Below, in pieces: positions 1 through 9,708 of a DNA stretch of 64,000 nt. The DNA lies in NCBI GenBank assembly GCA_934096275.1, contig CAKOLK010000005.1, forward strand, positions 588-64,587, in the 5' to 3' direction. Numbering within the stretch: position 1 is the stretch's first letter; the number at the start of each line of letters is the position of its first letter. Under the pieces are notes generated by a model. It was not told the DNA's origin and made no database searches. It was given only the letters and a program-made list of their open reading frames with translations. Both the position numbers and the translations under genes were made by a program. The stretch is from an uncultured Bacilli bacterium. GTDB taxonomy: Bacteria; Bacillota_I; Bacilli_A; RF39; UBA660.

Positions 1-258
1 AATACCTTCTTCTTCAGGATCCCTAAATCTTTTAAATATTCTAAGAGCTTTATTAGGATCATAATCGGTTTGATATATAAATACTCCTTCCTGAGAACTA
101 TCATATGATTCAAATAACGTTGCCATACTTCTTATAGTCTCATCTTTAAGCACTCCAAAATCATAATTCTTTTCTAATTTAAAAGCAATATTTCTAATAT
201 TATCAAACTTTTCACCATATCTATTCATAAAACCAAAATATACTTTAAAATCATTCAT
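1..258 (-). CDS. hypothetical protein; N-terminal part only, 3' end lies beyond the window start
   Basis: ATG at 256-258 preceded by GGGGGAAG Shine-Dalgarno (259-270). Frame is open to position 1 (MNDFKVYFGFMNRYGEKF...). Confidence 0.4.
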   Translation of the reverse strand, partial: MNDFKVYFGFMNRYGEKFDNIRNIAFKLEKNYDFGVLKDETIRSMATLFESYDSSQEGVFIYQTDYDPNKALRIFKRFRDPEEEGI

Positions 259-316
259 ACTACTTCCCCCTTAAATTGATAAAATTATATCATAAAACGA
301 ACAAAATGTCAATCAC

Positions 317-409
317 TTACCTGTTATTAATACTCTTAGCATAGATAATTAAAAATATTCCAAAAAATAATATCAATATAAAAATAACTATATTTAAAAT
401 AAACATCAT
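317..409 (-). CDS. possible 30-aa hydrophobic peptide (MMFILNIVIFILILFFGIFLIIYAKSINNR)
   Basis: GAGGTAGT Shine-Dalgarno directly upstream of ATG; single predicted TM segment. Too short for the ORF track. Confidence 0.25.
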   Translation of the reverse strand: MMFILNIVIFILILFFGIFLIIYAKSINNR

Positions 410-474
410 ACTACCTCAATTCTATCTATTTTAGACTTTATAATAATATCACATTTTAAAAAGTTATACAATAG

Positions 475-1116
475 TTAATTATGTAAATCGCTATTTTTAA
501 TTATGTAAATATTACCATTCTTATAAAAACCATAAAATATATTATTAAGATCTTCTTTTATATTATTCTTTAACCAAATTACATCTTTATCCAATAAATC
601 TAATACTTCATAATTAATTGAACCCTCGACAATAATAGGAAGAGGAAATGTTTTATCTTTCTTTTCTTCATCTTTAGTAAAAGTAGTTAAATTACCATTA
701 ACCTCAAGTATTGCATACTCTACATCTTTAATATCACTAATATTGTTTTGACGAAGTTGAGTAAGCAAATCATCTAGGTTATATCTTTGTTTTACCATCT
801 CTTTTATCATAATTTTACCATTATTTATTATAACTGATGGTTTCCCATCAAACATAGTCCTAATACTTCTTTTTTTAAATGATAAAATTGCCATTATTAT
901 CTGGCAAATAACAAGAAGTGTAATGGGAATAACTGATAGTAATATTGAATCATCAGTATTATCTATACTAATTGCTACTATTTCTGCGATTAAAACAGAC
1001 ACTATTAAATCTATTACTCCAAGTTCTCCGACTTCTCTTTTGCCCATTATACGATATACAAAGACAACAAAAAAATAAAAGAATAAAGTTCTAAAAATAA
1101 CTATAATATATTCCAT
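475..1116 (-). CDS. DUF421 (YetF-like) membrane protein
   Basis: N-terminal TM region followed by RIMGKREVGELGVIDLIV, typical of DUF421. Start moved to MEYIIVIF (GGTGA RBS); the ORF could extend to 1167. Confidence 0.6.
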   Translation of the reverse strand: MEYIIVIFRTLFFYFFVVFVYRIMGKREVGELGVIDLIVSVLIAEIVAISIDNTDDSILLSVIPITLLVICQIIMAILSFKKRSIRTMFDGKPSVIINNGKIMIKEMVKQRYNLDDLLTQLRQNNISDIKDVEYAILEVNGNLTTFTKDEEKKDKTFPLPIIVEGSINYEVLDLLDKDVIWLKNNIKEDLNNIFYGFYKNGNIYIIKNSDLHN

Positions 1117-1179
1117 GAAATCACCATTATTAGTATAAAAAAAGTAATAAAAATTATACAAGTTCATATATATTACTAG

Positions 1180-1560
1180 GTGATACTTATGGATAATATT
1201 AAAAACTATCTAATAGCAATTGGATACTTTCTTTTAGTAGTAGCAGTCTTTGCAATAATTCTTACTATATTTAATTATTATGATATAGTGACTAATAAAC
1301 TATTCAAAGTAATAAAAGTCTTAATACCCTCGCTTGCTCTTTTTATTGGTGGATATAAAGTAGGAAATAATGCTAATAAAAAAGGATATATCGAAGGAAT
1401 AAAACTAAGCTTAATAGTAATAGTACTCTTATTTATGTTTTCATATTTAGGTTTTAATGCAAGTTTTAATATAAGTTTAATCCTTTATTATATAATTTTA
1501 ATCATATCATCAATGCTTGGTGCAATGATTGGTATAAATAAAAAAATTACTAGTGATTAG
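1180..1560 (+). CDS. small multi-pass membrane protein (YrzE/TIGR04086-like)
   Basis: 126 aa with four hydrophobic segments; the family assignment is from recall only. Confidence 0.4.
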   Translation: MILMDNIKNYLIAIGYFLLVVAVFAIILTIFNYYDIVTNKLFKVIKVLIPSLALFIGGYKVGNNANKKGYIEGIKLSLIVIVLLFMFSYLGFNASFNISLILYYIILIISSMLGAMIGINKKITSD

Positions 1561-2215
1561 TAACTTTTTTTAATATTTCTTCATGAATATCTTCGATTGA
1601 TCTAATTTCATTATTTAAAACACAATCTATATTAATAAAATTATATTTATTAGATAACTCAAGATATGAAAGCTCCGCTAAATGAAGATGTTCATCGTCT
1701 TTTTCATGATCATCTAAACTAACTCTATTCTTCTTTAATATCTTAGCATATGAAGTTGGCATATGTAAGAATAAAGTCATATCTGGTCTAATTAGTCCCA
1801 TCATTTCATATTCTAATTTTTCTAGCCAATCATACATTTCGTATCTTTTATCTTTATCTTTAATCTTTCCTCCTTGATGTGCCATATTACTAGATACATA
1901 TCTATCCATTATTACAATATAATCTTTATCTAAATATTCTTTTATTACATTAAGATTATAATATCTATCTGCTGCAAAGTAAAGACTAGCTACTTTAGCA
2001 TCAACGTGGGACGCTCCTTCAGGAAAATATGATTTACATATTTCTTCTTTTCCTAAATATGGACCTCCGACTATTTTACCAGTTGGACTATTATAATTAG
2101 GAAATGTTAAATAAACAGCTTTCTTTCCTAATTTATTTAAACTATCTACTAAAAGTCTACTTTGTGTTTCTTTACCACTGCAGTCTGTTCCTTCGATTAC
2201 TATAAACTTACTCAT
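1550..2215 (-). CDS. tmk: thymidylate kinase
   Basis: P-loop FIVIEGTDCSGKETQ; length fits and it sits in an operon with folA and thyA. Confidence 0.9.
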   Translation of the reverse strand: MSKFIVIEGTDCSGKETQSRLLVDSLNKLGKKAVYLTFPNYNSPTGKIVGGPYLGKEEICKSYFPEGASHVDAKVASLYFAADRYYNLNVIKEYLDKDYIVIMDRYVSSNMAHQGGKIKDKDKRYEMYDWLEKLEYEMMGLIRPDMTLFLHMPTSYAKILKKNRVSLDDHEKDDEHLHLAELSYLELSNKYNFINIDCVLNNEIRSIEDIHEEILKKVTNH

Positions 2216-2685
2216 TTTAACCTCCTGTAAAGTACATGTTTATAATTAATATCATTATCTTTTAAAGTGCTTAACACTTCTTTTTTATATTTTGACTTAT
2301 CAAATATTGGAAAGAAAGTATCAGCTTTAAAAGTTTTATCTATTTCTGTTAAATATATATTATCTGCATCATTTATAAACTCATTATAAATTGATTCTCC
2401 TCCGATAATAAAGACTTCTTCTAAAGTATTTTTATAATCCTTAATAAAATCTTCTTTGTTTTTATAAGTTATAACATTTTCTATATTAGTATGTGTAAGG
2501 ACAATATTTACTCTATTAGGTAATACCTTTCCAATAGAAAGATAAGTATTTTTGCCCATTAATACTGTATGATAAATAGTAACATTCTTAAAAAATATTA
2601 AATCTTCCTTAATAGGACAAACTAATTCATTTTTATAACCAATCTCATAGTTTTTTCCTACTGAAGCAATTAAATTAATATTCAT
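2212..2685 (-). CDS. folA: dihydrofolate reductase
   Basis: 157 aa; LIASVGKNYEIG...VLMGKNTYLSIGKVLPNRVNIVL follows the DHFR pattern. Overlaps tmk by 4 nt. Confidence 0.85.
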   Translation of the reverse strand: MNINLIASVGKNYEIGYKNELVCPIKEDLIFFKNVTIYHTVLMGKNTYLSIGKVLPNRVNIVLTHTNIENVITYKNKEDFIKDYKNTLEEVFIIGGESIYNEFINDADNIYLTEIDKTFKADTFFPIFDKSKYKKEVLSTLKDNDINYKHVLYRRLK

Positions 2686-3839
2686 TATTGAGTAATTGGA
2701 AACTTAATCTTTCCCATATGCTTATAATTTTTAATTTTAATATCTTTTAAGTCTTTAGAATTATCAAACAAGAAGAAATCATCTATATCATGATTTAATA
2801 CTAATTCCGGTTTAGTAGGATTAAATATCATATCAATAATTTTAATATTACTATCTAGTTCATTATATTCATCACTATCTTTATCAAATAGTTTTTGTTG
2901 TTCTAATAAGGATTGTTTTAATGTTTCTAAGTAATTATCATCCAGTTTGCTTAAGCTATTATACTTTTCTAATCTTTCTAATTGTTTTTTTATTCCATTT
3001 AATTGGTTAATATAAACATGAGCATCTTTTATTGAATATGTTATTGTACCAGGTTCTTTATCAGTTACTTGAGCAATCATTTTTAATAGTGTTGCATATT
3101 GAGTAACATTAAATGGAAGACCCAAAGGAACATCACAACTTCTTTGATGCACCATTAAATTAATTTTATTTTTAGTAACATCCCACTCTGTAGACCAAAC
3201 ACAAGATGGTAATACTGCAGTTCTTAAAAACTCATCTTGCCAAAGAGATTTTACCATTCTCCTATCATTTGGGTTATTCTTAATAGTATCAATCAAGTTT
3301 TTAGTATGTTGATATCTATTTACAATATATCCATAAGCAGTCCCAATTGTATTAGCATACTCTAAACCATAGTACTTTGCTTCTTTTATGTTTTTATCTT
3401 TAATCATGCTTTTAGTAGTCATAACATTGCCATTTTCATCTAGTTTAGGACTAAGTTTAGCATTTAAATTATCAAGTGGTGCACTAAGAGGATCTAAGAC
3501 TACTACTTCTTTATCAGGATCATATTTTTCTGTTGATGGTTCATATATTCTATAAATACCATCTTGATCAACCATCCATTCATCCCAAATATGTACATTT
3601 CTATCATGTAAATCTAATACATTATTTGAACCCATTTGCCATATCCAAAGCATTTCTATAATAGCTTGTCTATAAAACATTTGCTTTGTAGTAAGAATAG
3701 GAAACTCTTTATTCAGATTAAACTCAAATGTATGCGAAGGAACTTTAATAGTATTAACACCAGTTCTATTTTCTACCTCAACACCTTCCCTTAATATTTT
3801 TCTTAATAATTCATCATATAAATAATCAAATTCTGTCAT
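2685..3839 (-). CDS. thyA: thymidylate synthase (ThyA type) with two large insertions
   Basis: RRMVKSLWQ, LPSCVWSTEW (catalytic Cys) and HQRSCDVPLGLPFNVTQYATL motifs. 384 aa, longer than typical ThyA (about 264-316 aa). Confidence 0.9.
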   Translation of the reverse strand: MTEFDYLYDELLRKILREGVEVENRTGVNTIKVPSHTFEFNLNKEFPILTTKQMFYRQAIIEMLWIWQMGSNNVLDLHDRNVHIWDEWMVDQDGIYRIYEPSTEKYDPDKEVVVLDPLSAPLDNLNAKLSPKLDENGNVMTTKSMIKDKNIKEAKYYGLEYANTIGTAYGYIVNRYQHTKNLIDTIKNNPNDRRMVKSLWQDEFLRTAVLPSCVWSTEWDVTKNKINLMVHQRSCDVPLGLPFNVTQYATLLKMIAQVTDKEPGTITYSIKDAHVYINQLNGIKKQLERLEKYNSLSKLDDNYLETLKQSLLEQQKLFDKDSDEYNELDSNIKIIDMIFNPTKPELVLNHDIDDFFLFDNSKDLKDIKIKNYKHMGKIKFPITQ

Positions 3840-3960
3840 TTTATTAACCTCCCTACAATAAATTATACAATAAAAAAGTATTTATTTAAATACCCTTTTG
3901 CGTTAATAAATATATATTACTATATATAAAAAGAAAACTCTATCAAGAATAAGAGCTTTC

Positions 3961-4067
3961 CGACATTTACAGCCGAGATCATTTATTGCTCGCACCACTC
4001 GGAAGCGATTAACATTTCACGATTAGGATCATTTATTGCTCGCACCACCTAGAAGCGATTGACATTT
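3961..4067. repeat. about 2.2 copies of a 50-bp tandem repeat with a conserved stem
   Basis: gatcatttattgctcgcaccac..gaagcgatt.acattt occurs at 3977-4017 and 4027-4067. G+C is higher than the flanks. Confidence 0.85.
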
Positions 4068-4135
4068 ATGTATTATACTATTAAGTACAAAAATAATATA
4101 TCATATTTCATATAATAAATCAATATTTCATAGAC

Positions 4136-5197
4136 CTATACAAAGTCCACCAAAATACTATTTTCTATAAACAATTTATCTTCATCAATATAATAATAAC
4201 CATCTTTATATGATAGATTATCTATATTAAATACATCACTAATCTTAGTATTGTATCTCTTATAAAAATCAAGTTCTGATACTCCTTTAATCTTTCTTAA
4301 ACCAAGTATCATAAAATAAGACATATCAAGTTTTTTATTAATAATTTCTTTATTATATAAGTAATCATTATCTAAATATTTATTAATACTTCTTGTATTA
4401 GTATATCTAACATTATCTATATAACCACTTGCACCAAGACCAAAGCCATAATATTTATCATTATTCCAATAAGTTAAATTATGAATAGAACTATATCCTT
4501 CTTTTGAAAAATTACTTATTTCATAATGAATATAACCATTATTCTTTAAAGTCTTAGTAATTAATTCATACATTTTTCTAGTTATATCATCATCAAGCTC
4601 AATGTAATTATTAACCTTTAATATAGTATTATCTTCAAGAATAAGAGAATATATTGAAATATGGGGTATATCAAGTTTTAAATACTTATCTAAGTCATTT
4701 TTTAAATCATTTATAGAGCAACCATTTATACCATACATTAAATCTATATTTATATTAGTAAAATATTTCTTACATAGAATAATTTTATCAAAGCAATCAT
4801 TACAATAGTTTCTTCCTAATATATCTAATATTCTTTTATTAAAAGATTGTACTCCGATTGATAATCTGTTTACTTTATTATTTTTTAAAAATATTAAAAG
4901 TTCTTCATTTATGTCCTCAATATTACACTCAAAAGTAAACTCATAAGAATCATTAAAATTAAACACACTAAGTATATCAAATAAGTCCTCTAAATGCTTT
5001 TTATTTAAAGAAGAAGGAGTTCCTCCCCCGATATAAAGTGATTTTAAAGATTCATTTTTATAATTATTATTTATTTCATTTTCTAAAGATATAAGGTATT
5101 TAAAGATTATTTCATCATTATAATACATCTTAGAAAAATCACAATACTTACATATATTCTTACAAAAAGGAATATGAATATATACACTATCTACCAT
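4136..5197 (-). CDS. hemW: radical SAM heme chaperone HemW (oxygen-independent coproporphyrinogen oxidase-like)
   Basis: YIHIPFCKNICKYCDF CX3CX2C motif; conserved position downstream of lepA. Confidence 0.85.
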   Translation of the reverse strand: MVDSVYIHIPFCKNICKYCDFSKMYYNDEIIFKYLISLENEINNNYKNESLKSLYIGGGTPSSLNKKHLEDLFDILSVFNFNDSYEFTFECNIEDINEELLIFLKNNKVNRLSIGVQSFNKRILDILGRNYCNDCFDKIILCKKYFTNINIDLMYGINGCSINDLKNDLDKYLKLDIPHISIYSLILEDNTILKVNNYIELDDDITRKMYELITKTLKNNGYIHYEISNFSKEGYSSIHNLTYWNNDKYYGFGLGASGYIDNVRYTNTRSINKYLDNDYLYNKEIINKKLDMSYFMILGLRKIKGVSELDFYKRYNTKISDVFNIDNLSYKDGYYYIDEDKLFIENSILVDFV

Positions 5198-5633
5198 TTC
5201 TTAAATTATTCCTTTTTCTTTTATTAAGTACTATAATAACTTCATTAGATAGTTTCATATCTATTTTAGAAAGTCTATCAGATAAATCTCTATAAACAGT
5301 CCAATAAGAAATCTTACTAAGAGAAGATATCTCTTCAATGGTATAACCAGATAAAGCATACTTTAAGTTATTCATTACTCTGTTTCTTATTGACTCATCT
5401 TCAACAGATTCTTCTTTATTATTTGATAGTATTTCAAGTACTAAACTCTTTCTTTCGGGGTATTTATTCATATATCTTTTTAAATAATCATATACAGTAG
5501 CATTACTAATGGGAAAGAAATTATCGCAAAAAAACTTAGTAGTTTTTCTAACACTAGTTTTTTCTTGTATAAAGAAATCTCCGATTAAATCAATCCTTCT
5601 ATCTCTTTCAATATCATCTATTTTTGATGCCAT
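5187..5633 (-). CDS. SpoIIID-like helix-turn-helix protein with two tandem SpoIIID-type repeats
   Basis: Two segments (about aa 12-60 and 85-140) each resemble the SpoIIID HTH: ...TSVRKTTKFF..SNATVYDYLKR and ..SKISYWTVYRDLSDRLSKID..LSNEV. Confidence 0.5.
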   Translation of the reverse strand: MASKIDDIERDRRIDLIGDFFIQEKTSVRKTTKFFCDNFFPISNATVYDYLKRYMNKYPERKSLVLEILSNNKEESVEDESIRNRVMNNLKYALSGYTIEEISSLSKISYWTVYRDLSDRLSKIDMKLSNEVIIVLNKRKRNNLRNGR

Positions 5634-5645
5634 AATATACCTCCA

Positions 5646-7442
5646 TTAATTATCGTCAACTTTTAAAATGCTTAAGAACGCATCACTAGGAAGTTCTACA
5701 CTACCTATCATTTTCATCTTCTTTTTACCTTCTTTTTGTTTTTCTAGTAATTTTCTCTTACGAGATACATCTCCACCATAACATTTAGCAAGAACATCTT
5801 TTCTCATTGCTTTTACTGTTTCTCTAGCAATAACTTTTGATCCAATCGCAGCTTGTATTGGAACCTCAAACATTTGACGTGGTATTATTTTCTTTAGATT
5901 TTCTGTTATTAATTTACCACGACTATAAGCAAAATCTTTATGTACTATAACACTTAATGCATCAACTACTTCACCATTTAATAATATATCCATTTTAACA
6001 AGATCACTAAATCTATTTTCTATTACTTCATAATCAAATGAAGCATATCCTTTAGTAGCACTCTTTAACTTATTGAAAAAATCATATACTATCTCAGAAA
6101 GGGGTAATTCATAATGAATGTTTACTCTTGTCTTATCAATGTATTCAAGTCCAATATATGTACCACGTTTATTTTGACACAGTTCCATTACTGCTCCAAT
6201 ATAGTTGCTAGGAACAAATATACTAGCTTTAATATATGGTTCTTTTATTCCTTTAATACTACCACGATCTGGTAATTTATTCGGAGAATCTACATAAATT
6301 ATTTCACCACTGTTAAGTACTACTTCATATATAACAGATGGAGAAGTAGCAATTAAATCTATTTTAAACTCACGTTCTATTCTTTCTTTTGTTATATCCA
6401 TATGAAGAAGTCCTAAGAAACCACATCTAAAACCAAATCCAAGTGCTTTAGAAACTTCTGGTTGATATTCAAGTGATGCATCATTTAGCTTTAATTTAAG
6501 TAATGCTTCTTTTAAATCTTCATATTTTTTAGAATCTATTGGATAGATACCACAGTAAACAAATGGTTTTATTTCTTTATATCCAGGAAGTGGTTCAAGT
6601 ACTGGGTTAGAAGCACTAGTAATAGTATCACCTACTTTTACATCGCTAATACTCTTAATACTAGCGGTAAGGTATCCTACTTCGCCACTCGATAAAGACT
6701 CCATTTCTTTTTCATGTGGAGTATTTATATGTAAAGACAATACTTCATAAACAGCATTAGTCTTCATCATTTTAATTTTATCTCCAACTTTTATTGTACC
6801 ATTTACAACGCGTAAAGAAATAACCACTCCACGATATGCATCATATATAGAATCAAATATTAAACAACTTAATTTATCATCTGTTTGTTTAGGACAAGGT
6901 ACTTTTTCTACCACTCTATCAAGTAGTTCTTTTATACCTATTCCCTCTTTAGCACTACATAAAATAATTTCATCTTCATTAAATCCTAAAGTATCATGTA
7001 ATTCTTTTACAACGCGATCAACTTCAGCATTAGGTAAATCTATTTTATTTAATATTGGTATTATTTCTAAGTCATTATCAAGAGCAAGGTATAAATTAGC
7101 AAGAGTTTGGGCCTCGATTCCTTGTGTTGCATCCACGACTAAAATAGCACCTTCGCATGCTGCTAAAGAACGGGATACTTCATAAGTAAAATCTACGTGT
7201 CCTGGAGTATCTATTAAATTAAGTAAATAAGTCTCACCTTTATAATCATAATTTAATGTTACAGCATTAAGTTTTATAGTAATTCCACGTTCTCTTTCAA
7301 GTTCCATAGAATCTAATAATTGATCTTTTTTTTCTCTATCACTAATTGCATGGCATTCTTCAAGTATTCTGTCTGCAATCGTACTTTTACCATGATCTAT
7401 ATGTGCAATTATAGAAAAATTTCTTATATGTTTTAAATTCAT
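5646..7442 (-). CDS. lepA: elongation factor 4 (LepA)
   Basis: [24 protein letters not shown] and NKIDLP GTPase motifs plus the LepA C-terminal region; 598 aa. Confidence 0.95.
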   Translation of the reverse strand: MNLKHIRNFSIIAHIDHGKSTIADRILEECHAISDREKKDQLLDSMELERERGITIKLNAVTLNYDYKGETYLLNLIDTPGHVDFTYEVSRSLAACEGAILVVDATQGIEAQTLANLYLALDNDLEIIPILNKIDLPNAEVDRVVKELHDTLGFNEDEIILCSAKEGIGIKELLDRVVEKVPCPKQTDDKLSCLIFDSIYDAYRGVVISLRVVNGTIKVGDKIKMMKTNAVYEVLSLHINTPHEKEMESLSSGEVGYLTASIKSISDVKVGDTITSASNPVLEPLPGYKEIKPFVYCGIYPIDSKKYEDLKEALLKLKLNDASLEYQPEVSKALGFGFRCGFLGLLHMDITKERIEREFKIDLIATSPSVIYEVVLNSGEIIYVDSPNKLPDRGSIKGIKEPYIKASIFVPSNYIGAVMELCQNKRGTYIGLEYIDKTRVNIHYELPLSEIVYDFFNKLKSATKGYASFDYEVIENRFSDLVKMDILLNGEVVDALSVIVHKDFAYSRGKLITENLKKIIPRQMFEVPIQAAIGSKVIARETVKAMRKDVLAKCYGGDVSRKRKLLEKQKEGKKKMKMIGSVELPSDAFLSILKVDDN

Positions 7443-7498
7443 CTTTCAATCACCACAAATATTTTAGCATATTTTAGTAAATGAAACAATATCCTTAC

Positions 7499-7523
7499 AA
7501 AAAGAAAAAGACCTAAGTCTTTT
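7499..7523 (-). terminator. rho-independent terminator after yneF
   Basis: aaaagac/gtctttt stem with a 4-nt loop, followed on the minus strand by TTTTTCTTTTG. Confidence 0.55.
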
Positions 7524-7732
7524 TACATATATTTTTGCATATTCTTCATCATTTGATTAACTTGTTTTTGAGTCGGAGTTCTTCCCATTCCACTCATCAT
7601 CATTTTAATCATATCTTCATTAATCGGAGGATTCTTTTTCATATAATTTTTCATAACTGTTCTAGCTATAAAGAAACCTGCGATTGCTCCGATTAAAAGA
7701 CCTATAACAACCATTAATATATCATGCCACAT
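7523..7732 (-). CDS. yneF: UPF0154 (YneF) family small membrane protein
   Basis: One TM segment then MKKNPPINEDMIKMMMSGMGRTPTQKQVNQMMKNM. Start set at MWHD with a GGAGGG RBS. Confidence 0.8.
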   Translation of the reverse strand: MWHDILMVVIGLLIGAIAGFFIARTVMKNYMKKNPPINEDMIKMMMSGMGRTPTQKQVNQMMKNMQKYM

Positions 7733-7789
7733 AATCATCCCTCCATATATAATTGTATATGAAATTATATGATTTAACAAGAATAATTA

Positions 7790-8221
7790 TTAATTTTTTA
7801 TATAATTTCTGACATTTTTTATAAAAAAGTACTCTTGTTCTTTAAAATTACATACAAAAAGTATTCCATTGAAATATCTTAAATCTTTTAAAAAAGTACA
7901 TTTATCATAATTTGTATCAATCTTTATATTAGAGTTCTTAACTTTTAAAATACTAATTTCATTTAAAAATAAATTATTAATAATGTGTTCATTCCCATTA
8001 TTTGAATACATTATCTTATCTTTATATCTATTATATATAAAAGAATTAACATAATCTTTATCATAAAAATAACTTACTTGTTCAAATAGATTATACCCAT
8101 ATTCTTTTTCTATTTCTTTCATGTAGTAAATCCTATTAAAAATATAAAACAATTCACTAGGTCTATCCTTATATAAATTATAAAACTCCTTTTTAATATT
8201 AAATATAAAATATTCCTTCAT
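7790..8221 (-). CDS. possible SirA/YneE-like sporulation inhibitor of replication
   Basis: N-terminus YFIFNIKKEFYNLYKDRPSELFYIF resembles B. subtilis SirA (YYTYLIKEEFANHYFGRESVMFELF). Adjacent to yneF, as in Bacillus. Confidence 0.4.
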   Translation of the reverse strand: MKEYFIFNIKKEFYNLYKDRPSELFYIFNRIYYMKEIEKEYGYNLFEQVSYFYDKDYVNSFIYNRYKDKIMYSNNGNEHIINNLFLNEISILKVKNSNIKIDTNYDKCTFLKDLRYFNGILFVCNFKEQEYFFIKNVRNYIKN

Positions 8222-8290
8222 AACTATCACCGATATTATTATATAAAATAAAAATTAAAAAAATTGTAGAAAAAGAAAAAGAATTAAAAA

Positions 8291-8551
8291 TTATTTTAAT
8301 TCCACTACTGTGACACCATCATTAAATAAATCTATTTTATAAGATACTACTAAATCATTAGATTTTAAGTATTTATGTACCTCATTTTTTAATATATAAG
8401 ATCCTTTACCATGTACAATAAGAATAAGCTTATTATTTAATTTATAATTATCCATTATAAACTCTTTTACTTTAATAATAGCAAATACTCTATCCATTCC
8501 GTGTAAATCAATACTAGGTAAATTGCTATATAACATGTAATTATCTATCAT
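8291..8551 (-). CDS. Smr domain protein
   Basis: DLHGM...IVHGKGSYILKNEVHKYL follows the Smr pattern; 86 aa. Confidence 0.7.
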   Translation of the reverse strand: MIDNYMLYSNLPSIDLHGMDRVFAIIKVKEFIMDNYKLNNKLILIVHGKGSYILKNEVHKYLKSNDLVVSYKIDLFNDGVTVVELK

Positions 8552-8552
8552 A

Positions 8553-9341
8553 CTATTCCTCTCTTATTTTACGTGATAATAAAAATCCCCATAAAAATGC
8601 TAGTAAAGATGTAAATATACAGAAGAAACTATATTCAAATGATGTAATACTAAGTACCATAAGTACTACTGAAGAAAGTATTAATGATAAAAGTATGTAG
8701 TTTATAAATGGTTTTTTATATAAATATTTAAATATAAAACATACAAGAATAAGACCTATAAATACACCAATTACATAAACTAAAGTAAAATTATTATTAC
8801 CAAAAAATGATGTAAATGAAGTAATACCAAATAATTTATTTAAAAGATGTTCACTAAAACCAGGAAAAAGTATTGCAATGCCTGTTACTACTCCATAGAT
8901 AATAGTATTACTTAAATTATCAATATTTATATTAAATGTTATATTATGTACAAAACAAAATACTAAAAATATAGAAAATATTAAGAAAAATAATAAACTA
9001 CCAAATAACTTTTTATTCTTTTTAATGTCACTAGCAAATGTAGGAATAGAACCCATAATTAGACCTACGAATAATAAGACAATTTGACAATTATATTTTG
9101 GATATAAATAGGTAATGATTTGAGAACCCGCTAGAAAGCCTACGACTATACCAAGAATAAGTGGTACAAGTATAAAAGTATTCTTCTTTACATCCTTAAA
9201 GAAATTACATATTGCATCAATAACTAATTTAAATAAATCAATTGAAGCAAGAAGAGCTCCTAAACTGATGAAAGGAATAGCAGAACCTATTCCTATAATA
9301 CCACCCTTGACAGTTGTAACAAAACCATATTTTAGTTTCAT
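8553..9341 (-). CDS. DUF368-like polytopic membrane protein
   Basis: KGGIIGIGSAIPFISLGALL and GIAILFPGFSEHLL resemble the duplicated IPGVSGGT motifs of DUF368, in degenerate form. Confidence 0.45.
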   Translation of the reverse strand: MKLKYGFVTTVKGGIIGIGSAIPFISLGALLASIDLFKLVIDAICNFFKDVKKNTFILVPLILGIVVGFLAGSQIITYLYPKYNCQIVLLFVGLIMGSIPTFASDIKKNKKLFGSLLFFLIFSIFLVFCFVHNITFNINIDNLSNTIIYGVVTGIAILFPGFSEHLLNKLFGITSFTSFFGNNNFTLVYVIGVFIGLILVCFIFKYLYKKPFINYILLSLILSSVVLMVLSITSFEYSFFCIFTSLLAFLWGFLLSRKIREE

Positions 9342-9682
9342 TACTCAGCCACCTTAACATCATCCATAAACCAAAGTTTAAGACTATATATTATGTTTTT
9401 ATCTTTATTTTCTTGTTTAACTACTTTATAAATCTTATTATCATAAACAGTTATAATAGTATTAGAATCATAATCATATGTTTTAGTATCCACTACAAAC
9501 ACAGGATCTTTTCCATCTTTAATTTTAGTAAAATTAAGATATCCAATTACAAAATAACCTACTAATAAGATAATAAGTATATCCACAATAATCATTATAA
9601 TATTAATCTTCTTTTTCTTAGGTTTATATTCATTTAATTTCTTATCATTTTCTGTTTTTTCTATATCTTTTATATCTTCCAT
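9341..9682 (-). CDS. hypothetical membrane-anchored protein
   Basis: Lys-rich N-terminus, one TM segment and a small extracytoplasmic domain. Start/stop overlap with the downstream gene. Confidence 0.4.
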   Translation of the reverse strand: MEDIKDIEKTENDKKLNEYKPKKKKINIIMIIVDILIILLVGYFVIGYLNFTKIKDGKDPVFVVDTKTYDYDSNTIITVYDNKIYKVVKQENKDKNIIYSLKLWFMDDVKVAE

Positions 9683-9708
9683 ATGTTTTCCTCCTTAAAA
9701 TATTTAAT

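Noticed and set aside
3961-4067. T-box or riboswitch upstream of thyA
   Set aside because: The minus strand contains GGTGGTGCGAGC, which superficially resembles the T-box GGTGGTACCGCG. It occurs twice within a short tandem repeat, however, and no Stem I, specifier or terminator architecture is present.
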